Shown here piece after piece: positions 8,788 to 18,600 of a stretch of DNA of 45,264 nt. The notes under the pieces are model-generated. The model did not search any database. It saw only the letters and a program-made list of their open reading frames with translations, and was not told where the DNA came from. The DNA is from a bacterium (GTDB taxonomy: Bacteria; Planctomycetota; Phycisphaerae; UBA1845). Positions within the stretch are counted from its first letter, which is position 1, and the number at the start of each line of letters is the position of its first letter. A program made the translations under genes and the position numbers. The DNA lies in NCBI GenBank assembly GCA_024231775.1, contig JAAEQG010000440.1, positions 1 through 45,264 on the forward strand, given 5' to 3'.

Positions 8788-9588
8788 ATGGCTACAAGAC
8801 TCTTTGACACCCACGCCCACCTGACCCTCGGCGCCCTGGCGGAGGACGTGCCGGGTGTTCTGGAACGGGCTCGCGCGCACGGCGTGTTCCGGGTGATTAC
8901 CGTGGGGACGGATGTGGCGGATTCGCGCCGAGCGGTCGAGCTGGCTTCCGCTTGCGACGGCGTGTCTGCTACGGTGGGCATTCATCCGCACGAAGCATCC
9001 AAGGTGGAATCCGCCGGTCTTGACGAACTGGGCGAGTTGGCCCGGCACCCTCGAATCGTCGCCATGGGGGAGATGGGCCTGGACTACTACTACGATCATT
9101 CTGACAGGGTCTCGCAACGTCGGGTCTTTGCCGCGCAGCTCGAGCTGGCCCAGCCGCTCGAGCTTCCCCTGGTCATCCACTGCCGGGAAGCCGTCGCGGA
9201 CGCGGTAGCCCTGCTGTGCGACCACGGGTTCGACGGTCGGCGCGTGGTGTTTCATTGCTTCACGGGTACGGCGGACGAAGCAAGGCAACTCGCTGATCAC
9301 GGGTGGCAGATGTCGTTCACGGGCATCGTCACCTTCCGTAAGTCCACGGAGCTGCAGGCTGTCGCCCGCGAATACCCCGCGGACCGCCTGATGCTGGAGA
9401 CGGACGCCCCGTATCTCTCTCCCGAGCCGGTGCGCAGCGTGCGGCCCAACGAACCGAGCCATTTGCCCCACACCGCGAGATTCCTGGCCCGACTGCGCGA
9501 CGAGCCGCTGGAGCGATTGGCCAGTCAGACCACGCGCAACGCCGAAGTGTTCTTCGGGATCCCTGAGGACGAAGCGTCGCTGAGCTGA
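8788..9588 (+). CDS. tatD: TatD family hydrolase
   Basis: DTHAHL, GIHPH, GEMGLDYY, IHCREA, HCFTG and ETDAPYL motifs. Confidence 0.93.
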   Translation: MATRLFDTHAHLTLGALAEDVPGVLERARAHGVFRVITVGTDVADSRRAVELASACDGVSATVGIHPHEASKVESAGLDELGELARHPRIVAMGEMGLDYYYDHSDRVSQRRVFAAQLELAQPLELPLVIHCREAVADAVALLCDHGFDGRRVVFHCFTGTADEARQLADHGWQMSFTGIVTFRKSTELQAVAREYPADRLMLETDAPYLSPEPVRSVRPNEPSHLPHTARFLARLRDEPLERLASQTTRNAEVFFGIPEDEASLS

Positions 9589-9633
9589 CGCCCTCGTTTG
9601 GCACAAACCGAGCCAAATGCTATAAAGTGTCGC

Positions 9634-12369
9634 ATGAAGGCCGCCAAGAACTCCCCCAGAATCGAGCGCAGCGTGGGTCAGGCTCAACCAGTACCCCTGG
9701 AGCCCACCAAGCCGGCCAACGGGTTCGAGCGCTGGGTGCTGCCCATCATCGTGTTCCTGCTGGCCATCGCGGTCTATGTCCCATCCCTGAACAACGGTTT
9801 CGTCAGTTGGGATGACGACCACTACATCTACGACAATCGTCAGCTTGTCCATCCGCACGGCTTCAACGATCTGTGGACCAACACCAAGTACAGCCGCTTC
9901 AAGAATGAGGGTCTCAAGGACAGCACCCACCAGTACTACCCGTTGCTGTTCACCATGTTCTGGGCGGAGCACCAGGTACACCATCGCCTTAATGACCAGT
10001 TTCTCTTCAGCCTGCCGGCGGAGCTGGAATCGTCCCTGGGCAAGTCAACCCTTCCGGCAGCACTCCAGGAAGCGTTCACGGAGCACGGCGTCGAGCTTCG
10101 CTACGGAGCGCGGTCCTTCGTCGTCGAGCGCGATCGTCGGTGGGTTGTCGGTCGCCCACGCATGCGGCAGAGCACGTACTTCGCTCTGGAGGACGGGTAC
10201 GGGGTCCGCAAGGAAGACGGGGCGCTGAACGTCTACAGCAGCGACCCGGCGATCTTTGTCAAGCATGACCAGGCTTGGAGCTTCCATTTCGTCAGCATGC
10301 TGATGCACGGAATTACCTCGGTCGTACTGATGGGCCTGTTGCGGCGTCTGGGCATGAGCGTGTGGGTATCGTTCGTGGCGGCGGCGCTGTTCGTCGTGCA
10401 TCCTATGAACGTCGCGTCGGTGGCCTGGGCGACGGAGCGCAAGAATATTCTCGCCCTGTTGTTCTACGTGATCGCTCTGCGCTGCTACCTGAGGCACCGG
10501 CGGACCGGAGGGTGGCTGCCCTATCTAGCCACGTTTGTGTTCTTCCAAGGCGCCCTGTTCAGCAAGACGGTGGCGCTGACCTTTCCGCTGGTTCTGTTCC
10601 TCACCGACTGGCTGATCGACGGTCGGCGCGGTTTCCGCCATCTGCTGCGTCGGGGGCTGCCCATGCTGGCGGTGGTGGCGGTCGCCTTCTTGCCCTGGTG
10701 GGTGTTGTCCAAGGGGCATGCGTGGCAGCTTCCGCATCTCCTGCTGCTGGTGGTTCCCCTGCTTCTGGTCGGGGCGGTGGCCATCGCCGTGGATCGCCAA
10801 CTGCATCGCCGGTTGCAGCTCAAGAGGCTGGCGCCGTTGCTCCCGGCCTTGATTATGTGCGCGGTGGCTTGCTCTCCGACGATTCTGCTGGGGAACCGAT
10901 ACCTGTTCAATACCAAGAGCGAGTATTCCGTCGAGCTGGACGGCGGCAGTCTGCCGAAGGAGCTGCGTCAGAGGATGCTCAAGGCTGATGTCCTGCGCTA
11001 CACGGAGACGCCGACGGTGTCCGTGGTTTCACCGGGTAGCAAGTGGGTTATCACCACCGACAAAGCCCAGAGGTTCACGCTTAAATCCTCGGGCGACGAG
11101 CTCGAGTTCTACGTCAGCCGTTGGCATCCGGGGGCGGTCGTGCTGCGCTTCCTTCCGCTCATGCTGATAATCGCAGTGTTGTTTGTCGTCGACCGCGTCG
11201 GGGGTCAGCGTCTGGACATCGGCAGTCTCCTGCGCATCGCCCCGTTGCTGGTGATGTCGGTTCTCTCGGCGGACACGACGTCGTACATGGAGGATCGGGC
11301 CCGTCCGGTTCCCCTGAACGGTCCCCAGCGGCCGTTCGTGGCTTCGGCGGCTGCGTGGTTCTACGTGGGCAAGCTGGTGGTTCCCATCAACCAGTTGCCG
11401 ATCGGGCAGTTGTGGAACCCCGACCCCATCGAGCACGAGCGCTGGAGCCCAGGCGCGTCCCCGGTCTGGTGGTTGCCCGTGCTCGGCGTGCTCGTGGTGG
11501 CGTGGTTGCTGTTCAGGTGGCGCAGGCGTATTCCGGCGCATCTCTATTGGGGGCTTGGTTTCTATCTGATCACCCAGTTGCCCATGCTGGGCTTGAAGAA
11601 CATCAACATCTTCCAATTCTCCTATGTGCACGAGCACTACATCTACAATGGGGGGATCGGGGTGTTGGTGATCTTTGCCCTGCTGCTGGACATGCTGCGC
11701 CAGCGGTTGAGCCCCGCTCGGCGAGGTTCTCTGATCGTCACCGGGGTCATCTGCGCGGCGCTGGTTGCGTACGGTATCAAGACCGTGGTCTACTCCAGGG
11801 TCTGGGAATCAGCCGAGACGTTCTGGCTGACGACCCTGGAAGGCAACCCCAAATGCTGGGCCGGCTGGTACAATCTGGGCAACCAGTATAACCGTGAGGC
11901 GGAGGCGTATCGCCAGGACGGTGACGGGGCCAAAGCGGAAGCCAAGGCGGCGCGGGCGCAGCAGGACCAAGCCTTGGCGAAGTCGAAGACGGAGGAATAC
12001 CGCCAGCACTATGCGAAGGTCACCGAGCGCCGGGACAAAGCCATCAAGTTCTACAAGCAGGCCATCATCGCCAAGCCGAACCTCGTCCAGGCGTTCAGGA
12101 CGCTGCTGGAATTGCTCGTCACGCGGGGTCGTGTTGACGAAGCGGAACCCTACTGCGGGCAGGTTGAACGCCTCAGCCCCTTCCTGGCGAACTACTATCG
12201 ATGCCGAATCCGCTACGCCCAGAAGGAATGGGACGAGGCGGAGGCATTCTGTGAATCGGCCCTCCGCTACGAGCCGAACAACCGTAACGCGAAAGCATTC
12301 CGTGACTCGGCCCGCAAGCAGAAGGCTCGGGCGGAGCAGGAAGTTTCTCCGCAGTCTATGATGCCTTAG
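9634..12369 (+). CDS. TMTC-like GT-C membrane glycosyltransferase with C-terminal TPRs and two inserted soluble domains
   Basis: GFVSWDDDHYI (DD motif), YYPL, LFVVHPMNVASVAWATERKNIL, FSK and EHYIY motifs, then VWES.ETFW..TL..NP and TPRs. Start uncertain (9598 or 9634). Confidence 0.8.
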   Translation: MKAAKNSPRIERSVGQAQPVPLEPTKPANGFERWVLPIIVFLLAIAVYVPSLNNGFVSWDDDHYIYDNRQLVHPHGFNDLWTNTKYSRFKNEGLKDSTHQYYPLLFTMFWAEHQVHHRLNDQFLFSLPAELESSLGKSTLPAALQEAFTEHGVELRYGARSFVVERDRRWVVGRPRMRQSTYFALEDGYGVRKEDGALNVYSSDPAIFVKHDQAWSFHFVSMLMHGITSVVLMGLLRRLGMSVWVSFVAAALFVVHPMNVASVAWATERKNILALLFYVIALRCYLRHRRTGGWLPYLATFVFFQGALFSKTVALTFPLVLFLTDWLIDGRRGFRHLLRRGLPMLAVVAVAFLPWWVLSKGHAWQLPHLLLLVVPLLLVGAVAIAVDRQLHRRLQLKRLAPLLPALIMCAVACSPTILLGNRYLFNTKSEYSVELDGGSLPKELRQRMLKADVLRYTETPTVSVVSPGSKWVITTDKAQRFTLKSSGDELEFYVSRWHPGAVVLRFLPLMLIIAVLFVVDRVGGQRLDIGSLLRIAPLLVMSVLSADTTSYMEDRARPVPLNGPQRPFVASAAAWFYVGKLVVPINQLPIGQLWNPDPIEHERWSPGASPVWWLPVLGVLVVAWLLFRWRRRIPAHLYWGLGFYLITQLPMLGLKNINIFQFSYVHEHYIYNGGIGVLVIFALLLDMLRQRLSPARRGSLIVTGVICAALVAYGIKTVVYSRVWESAETFWLTTLEGNPKCWAGWYNLGNQYNREAEAYRQDGDGAKAEAKAARAQQDQALAKSKTEEYRQHYAKVTERRDKAIKFYKQAIIAKPNLVQAFRTLLELLVTRGRVDEAEPYCGQVERLSPFLANYYRCRIRYAQKEWDEAEAFCESALRYEPNNRNAKAFRDSARKQKARAEQEVSPQSMMP

Positions 12370-13252
12370 TCAGGCTCGCCAACCAGTCGCCCAACGGATC
12401 GCCGGCGCCGTAGAACCAGGGGTGGATCCAGGGCATTACCACGATAAACGCAATGTTCACCGCGACGGTCACGTCGTACGGGATGCTGCCGCGCGGATAA
12501 CGCCAGGGCTGCAGCAAACTGAATCCGGAGCGTGCCGGCGGCGCCGCGCCGGTCCGATTCGCCCGCATGGTGGCCCGAGCATGGTGCATACGCAGCAGGA
12601 AGGTGAAGAACGGCGAGATGGCCTGCTGCCACAGCACCGTCGGAACATGGCAGGACATCCCCGCGAAGAGCATCGCGGCGCTGCGTTCCCCGCGCTGCCA
12701 GAAGCCCACCCCACAGTGTTCGATGCTATCCTCGGCTCGGGACTTGGTGTACGCGATCATCAACCCATTGCACAGAGCGATCACCGCCAAAGCAGCATAC
12801 GTGGCATTGCCGATCACCGCGAAGTGAATCACAATCCCCACGTAGACCACAATCTCAGAGAGGCGATCGAGTACGGAATCAAGTAAGCCGCCGAAATCGG
12901 TGCCCAGGTTACCCATGCGGGCCACGGCGCCGTCCAACACGTCGCAGGATCCCGCCAGCAGGATGCCCCCAGCCGCCAGCAGCGGCCAGAAGCTCCGCGA
13001 GACCCCGCTCACCGCCAGCTCCGCAGGAGAGTGGTGCCCAGCCCCCATCACCAAGCAGACCGCCGCCCCGCAACTGGCGATGAACCCGGCGACGGTGATG
13101 TGGTTCGGCGTCACCCCCAGGCGGACCAGGCGGCCACCAAGAGCGTACCGGGTGGCGATGAACCCCTGGCCGATCGCCCGTGACGTACCTGCGGACAGAT
13201 TCGACTCACCCAGTTGGCGAAAGTCCTGGTCCTCGGGAGATGCGGTGTTCAT
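12356..13252 (-). CDS. CDP-alcohol phosphatidyltransferase (PgsA/phosphatidylinositol-phosphate synthase-like)
   Basis: TPNHIT and signature D.LDGAVAR.....FGGLLDSVLDR; YTKSRAE and G...RGER as in the PIP-synthase subgroup. Confidence 0.88.
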   Translation of the reverse strand: MNTASPEDQDFRQLGESNLSAGTSRAIGQGFIATRYALGGRLVRLGVTPNHITVAGFIASCGAAVCLVMGAGHHSPAELAVSGVSRSFWPLLAAGGILLAGSCDVLDGAVARMGNLGTDFGGLLDSVLDRLSEIVVYVGIVIHFAVIGNATYAALAVIALCNGLMIAYTKSRAEDSIEHCGVGFWQRGERSAAMLFAGMSCHVPTVLWQQAISPFFTFLLRMHHARATMRANRTGAAPPARSGFSLLQPWRYPRGSIPYDVTVAVNIAFIVVMPWIHPWFYGAGDPLGDWLASLTKAS

Positions 13253-13293
13253 CGTTCCTCCGATGGCAGGCGCGGGGGCTGATTTTGCACTAG

Positions 13294-13420
13294 TGTTCCG
13301 TCAATCCTCAAACAACGGGTGCCATGGGCAAGCAGCAGCTTGCCCGTGTCCTCGGAAGACCAACGCGCACGGGCAAACGAGTTTGCCCATGCCACCCGAA
13401 GGACTACGGCTGACAAAACA
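13294..13420. mobile_element. MITE/REP-like palindromic insertion (127 bp) flanked by a CTAG duplication
   Basis: CTAG at 13290-13293 and 13421-13424. Terminal inverted repeats TGTTCCGTCA...TGACAAAACA. Internal palindromes gggtgccatgggcaagcagcagcttgcccgtg and cacgggcaaacgagtttgcccatgccaccc. Confidence 0.75.
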
Positions 13421-14204
13421 CTAGTCCCCGGGCACTATCATGGCTGACGTGGGCGGCGACCGCCGCGTAAACTGCCCGGGCACCCGCGTTCAGCAGGATC
13501 CGGGCGCATTCGTTTACAGTGGCTCCGGTGGTCATCACGTCGTCAATCAGACAAAGCGTCGCGCCGTCCACGCGCACGCCACGCGCCACGGCGAACTTCC
13601 CGCGTACGTTCTCGACTCTCTGGTGGTTCGTCAAGCCGATCTGCGACGGCCCACCTTTCACCCGGCGCAGGGCAGGGATCACCGGAATCCCGGTCGCCCG
13701 AGAAGCCCGCCGGCCTAATAACGCCGGGGGGTAGTCCCCAGCGAAAGGCCGCCGCAAGATCCATTGGGGCACGACTACCAGGGCCTCGACCTCCTCCAGC
13801 CAGGGGGCCTGTTGCAGCGCCGTCGCCAGGCGATCTCCCAAGCTCGCCCCCAGTCGCCAATTGCGTTGATACTTGAAGGCGCGGAGCGCGGCGCCGAGTT
13901 CGCCGCCATAAGGTCCGATGCGGACGACTCCCGCAATCCGCGCCTTCTGCTCGCGGCAGTGTCCGCAGCGTCCGTCGGAGACTGCGAACGGCGGCGTGGT
14001 TCGAGCACAGGTGGGGCAATAGGCGGTGTGGCCTTCCTCTTCCACGGAGCTCGCGCACGACTCGCAGAGCAAGCCGGGTCCGTCAACGCCTGGGCTCCGG
14101 CAGAGGGGGCAAGTTGGGGGATAGAGCATGTCGAGGAGTGCGCGGACCCCGCCCTGCAGAGTGTACGCAGCCCAGTCTGCCATGTCCCCGGACACCGTGT
14201 TCAT
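13404..14204 (-). CDS. comF: ComF family protein (double zinc ribbon plus phosphoribosyltransferase-like domain)
   Basis: LLDMLYPPTCPLC..LCESC..CPTC..CGHC, FKY, R.ENVRGKF and LIDDVMTTGAT motifs. Start uncertain (14234, 14204 or 14183). The last codons come from the inserted element. Confidence 0.88.
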   Translation of the reverse strand: MNTVSGDMADWAAYTLQGGVRALLDMLYPPTCPLCRSPGVDGPGLLCESCASSVEEEGHTAYCPTCARTTPPFAVSDGRCGHCREQKARIAGVVRIGPYGGELGAALRAFKYQRNWRLGASLGDRLATALQQAPWLEEVEALVVVPQWILRRPFAGDYPPALLGRRASRATGIPVIPALRRVKGGPSQIGLTNHQRVENVRGKFAVARGVRVDGATLCLIDDVMTTGATVNECARILLNAGARAVYAAVAAHVSHDSARGLVFCQP

Positions 14205-14301
14205 CCCCCTAACATTTGGCAGAAATCCGCGCATAGTCTATAAGACACGGCTGGTGGAGGGAACGCGCACTTGGCGCCCTGATTAGGCGAGGTGAGGCTA
14301 C

Positions 14302-15564
14302 ATGAACTGCCGGAGTGGTTGGATTGTGACGTTGGTGGTCATGGGTTCGAGCGCTGCGTTCGCCCAGATGCCCCGGACGAAAGTCGTGGTGGAGCGGGCG
14401 CAAACGCGAGCGCTCCCTGCCACGATGCGCCTGGTGGCGACGGTCAGACCGGTGGTCCGCAGCGTCCTCGGCTCGGAGGTTGAAGGGCTGGTCGTGGAGA
14501 TGCCGGCCCGCGAAGGCGACCTCATGGAGAGGGACGGCGTGGTCTGCCGGTTGAATGGCGAGACGCTCGCCGCACAACTGGCATCCGCCCGGGCGAACCT
14601 GGGGGCGCTGCAAGCCAGGCTGAAGGAACTCCAGACCGGAACACGGGCGGAGGAGCTGGCCCGCCTCAAAGCTGCTCTCGAGGAGGCCAAAGCTCGCCAC
14701 GTTCAGTGGACCCAGGAGGTGCAACGTGTCGAGGGCCTGCAAAGCAAAAGCAGGTCCAACCCCAAGGAGGTCTGGGACACCGAGGCGGAATACCGGGCGG
14801 CTGAACAGCGCATGCTCTCCGCACAGGCAGCGTACGACGAAGGCGTCAACGGACCGCGCGCAGAGGTGATCGCCCAGGCCAGCTTCGCCGTGGCGGAGCA
14901 GGCTGCCGTGGTCGAACGGATAGAGCGCGATCTGGCCAAGACGGTGATTCGCGCTCCGTTCTCCGGGCATGTCGTTCGCCGAGAGGCGGAGCGTGGTCAG
15001 TGGGTGGAACGGGGAGGAGCCATCGTCGAACTGATCGATCTGTCCAGTGTGCTGGTGAGGGTGGACGCCCCCGAGCAGGCGTTTCCTTATGTCCACGTCG
15101 GTGACGAAGCCCGCCTTCGCGTGGACGCGCTCGGCGCGGTGTTCACCGGACGGATCAAGCATGTGATCCCTCAGGCCGACGAAGCCTCCCGGACGTTTCC
15201 GGTCGAGGTGGTGATCGACAATGCGGACGGGAGACTCAAGGGGGGCATGATCGCCTGGGCCACCCTGATCACCGGTCCGGAGAGGGACGCGGTGGCGGTG
15301 CCGAAGGACGCGGTGGACGTTCGCGGGGGGACCGCCCACGTGTGTGTGGTAATGCCCACCGAACAGGGGCTTACCGCGATCCCCACGGCGGTGACCACCG
15401 GGGCGGACATTGACGACTGGATCGCGGTTACCTCGGGGAATGTTGCTCCGGGGACGCAGGTCGTCGTGCGGGGAAATGAACGGATTTCCTTTCCGACTCC
15501 GGTCGAGTTTTCCGGTGAAGAGTCCCCGGACACCCCGCCGCCCGCGAGCGAGACCCAACCGTGA
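14302..15564 (+). CDS. RND efflux periplasmic adaptor (membrane fusion protein)
   Basis: Signal peptide, SEVEGLV..M.AREGD lipoyl half, long alpha-hairpin, IRAPFSG and SRTFPV motifs; precedes the RND permease. Confidence 0.92.
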   Translation: MNCRSGWIVTLVVMGSSAAFAQMPRTKVVVERAQTRALPATMRLVATVRPVVRSVLGSEVEGLVVEMPAREGDLMERDGVVCRLNGETLAAQLASARANLGALQARLKELQTGTRAEELARLKAALEEAKARHVQWTQEVQRVEGLQSKSRSNPKEVWDTEAEYRAAEQRMLSAQAAYDEGVNGPRAEVIAQASFAVAEQAAVVERIERDLAKTVIRAPFSGHVVRREAERGQWVERGGAIVELIDLSSVLVRVDAPEQAFPYVHVGDEARLRVDALGAVFTGRIKHVIPQADEASRTFPVEVVIDNADGRLKGGMIAWATLITGPERDAVAVPKDAVDVRGGTAHVCVVMPTEQGLTAIPTAVTTGADIDDWIAVTSGNVAPGTQVVVRGNERISFPTPVEFSGEESPDTPPPASETQP

Positions 15565-15654
15565 CCGCCCAGGCAGGGTTTGCCCCGCCGCGAGGTGGCC
15601 AGCTTCCCAGACCGGCTACGTGCCGCTTGGCATTCCACAGTTGACGAGATTCCG

Positions 15655-18600
15655 ATGCCCATCATCCGATACGCCATCGACAACCCCGTGAAGGTCTCCG
15701 TGGGAGTGATTCTCCTGGTCCTCTTCGGGGTCCTGAGCATCCTCCGCATCCCCATCCAACTCACCCCGGACGTGGATCAGCCCAAGGTGACCGTGCAGAC
15801 ATACTGGGCTGGGGCCAGTGTGCAGGAGATCGAGCGCGAGATCGTCGAGCGTCAGGAGGAGAAGCTCAAAGGTGTCCCCAACCTGCGGAAGATGGCCTCC
15901 ACCTCAAATGAGGGCTGGGGGCAGATCGACCTTGAGTTCTTCGTGGGCGTTGACAAGAACAACGCTCTGCGCGACGTGTCCGAAAAGATGCGCCAGGTCA
16001 GCGGATACCCGGAGGAAATGGAGGAACCGGTGATCCAGGCGTCCGACGCAGCCAACGAGTCAGCCATCGCCTGGCTGATCTTCCGAGGGCGCCCCGAGGA
16101 GGATGTTTCCACTCTGCGTGACTACGTGGAGGATCGGGTCAAGCCGATGCTGGAGCGCGTTCCGGGGGTGGCATCGCTGGATGTGTATGGCGGGCGCGAG
16201 CGGGAGGTCCATATCCGGGTGAATCCCGAGAAGCTGGCTGCCCGCGGGCTGACTTATCAGGATCTGCAGGGTTCCCTCCGCGGCGAGAACGTGAGCGTCT
16301 CGGCAGGTACGATCACCCAGGGCAAGCGCGACTACACCTATCGAACCGTCGGGAAGTACGAGCAGGTTGCCCAGGTCGAGAACACGGTGATTGGCTACGA
16401 TGTCGGCGGGCCTGTTTTTGTCCGCGACGTCGCCAAGGTCGTCAATACGCACAAGAAGCAGCAGTCGTTCGTCACTTCCATGGGGGACTACGTAATCGCC
16501 CTTCCGGTCCGGCGCGAGACCGGGGCGAACGTGATCGCGGTGATGGACCTACTGAAGGAGCGCATCTCCGAGATCAACCGAGACGTGCTCGCCCCCGAAG
16601 GGCGAAGCCTGAAACAGGTATATGACGAGACGATCTACATCCATTCAGCCATTAACCTGGTGAAGAACAACATTCTGTTCGGTGGCGTCCTGGCGGTGGC
16701 CGTTCTGCTGTTGTTCCTGCGCAGCGGGCGGGCGACGTTCGTGGTTGCCGCGGCGATCCCGATCTCGGTCATCGGAACGTTTCTGGCGGTGACGTTGCTC
16801 GGGCGGAACCTGAATGTGGTCATGCTCGCCGGGCTGGCCTTCGCCGTCGGCATGGTCGTCGATAACGCGGTGGTGGTATTGGAGAACATCTTCCGCCATC
16901 GACAGATGGGGGCGGATCTCTTTCAAGCGGCGCTCAAAGGCGCCAGCGAGGTTTGGGGAGCGGTGCTGGCCAGCACGCTCACCACCATGGCTGTGTTTGT
17001 TCCGGTCGTTTTTGTCGAGGAGGAGGCTGGCCAGCTTTTCCGGGACATCGCGATTGCGATAAGTGCAGGCGTCGGGCTGTCGCTGCTGGTCTCGATTCTG
17101 GTGATTCCGCCGCTGGCGAATAAGGTCTTGCACATTCGGGAGCAGCATCGCCGTGATGGTGAGCGCACCGGCCGGGTCGCGGGGATTGTTGCCGGAACAG
17201 TTGAGCGGATCAACCGTTCGGTATTCGCCCGTCTGGGCCTGGTGGCCTGCCTTACCGCAGCCTCACTGGCCGGCGCGAAGTTCCTGATGCCGCCGACCGA
17301 CTATCTTCCGAGCGGCAACCAGAACCTCATCTTCGGGCTCATCTTCACGCCGCCCGGGTACTCGATGGACGAGTTCAGGCGCATGGGCGACACGCTCATG
17401 GACGGCAAGCCGGGGCAACCGTTCGGACTCCGGCAGTTCTGGGAGGCTGAACTCGGTTCTACCGCAGCCGCCAACCTTCCCCCGGTGACCATGTCATCCG
17501 GGGAGGGTGACTCGTTCGAGATGATCCCACCTCCGGTGGAGAACTTCTTCTATGTAGCGTGGGGCGGAATGTGCTTCATGGGCTGCAGCAGCCAGGACCC
17601 CGCAGCGATCACACCTCTGGTTCCGGTGCTCGCCCGGGCGGCGGGTCTGGTCGAAGGGACCTTCCCGGTTTTCTCGCAGATGTCCATCTTCGAACAGCTT
17701 GGCGGAGGAAACAAGGTCGACCTGGAGATACTGGGCACCGACCTCGAAGAGGTCACCCAAGTGGCGGGGATGTTGTTTGGCCAGTGTCTCCAGCGCTTCG
17801 GTTTTCCCCAGCCGAACCCGGGCAACTTCAACCTGCCGCGCGACGAGATCCGGTTCGTCCCCAATCGGGTGAAGGCTGCGCACGTCGGTCTGAGTGTGCG
17901 CGACGTGGCCTTCATCGTTGAGGCGGCAGTGGACGGCGCCTATGTCGGCGGGTTTCGCGACCGGGGTGACGAGATCGACATGGCGGTGATGATCGAGCAC
18001 GACCTGAACACCAAGGAGGGGATCGGCCAGATTCCCATCCACACCCCGCGCGGGCGGATCATCCCCCTGTCGTCGGTGGTGGACATTGTGTCGACGACCT
18101 CGCCCCAACAGATTCTGCGGATCGAGGAGCTTCCCGCGGTCAGCCTGAGCATCACTCCGCAAGGTCAGCCTCTCGAGCAGATCATGCAGACCATCGAGGA
18201 GGAGATCATCAAGCCGGGGCGCGAGGCGGGCATGATTCCCCCCACGGTGACCACGCGGTTGGCTGGCACGGCGGACAAGCTGACCGAGACCTTCACCGCG
18301 GTCAAGTGGAATCTGGCGTTGGCGATCCTGATTACGTATCTACTAATGGCCGGTCTCTTTGAGTCGTTCACCTACCCGTTCGTGATCATGTTCTCCGTGC
18401 CTCTGGCTACGGTGGGCGGGTTCATCTCCCTGGCGATCATGCACTGGGTGACGGGGCGCAACCCGTTGGTGCCCACGATCCAACTCGACGTGGTGACCAT
18501 GCTGGGGTTCATCATCCTGATCGGGATCGTGGTGAACAACGCGATCCTGATCGTTCATCAATCATTGAACAACATGCGCGACGGCGGGATGGAGGGTCAG

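Noticed and set aside
9598-9615. TTGGCAC as a sigma54 -24 element before the TMTC-like gene
   Set aside because: There is no TTGC -12 element at the required spacing.
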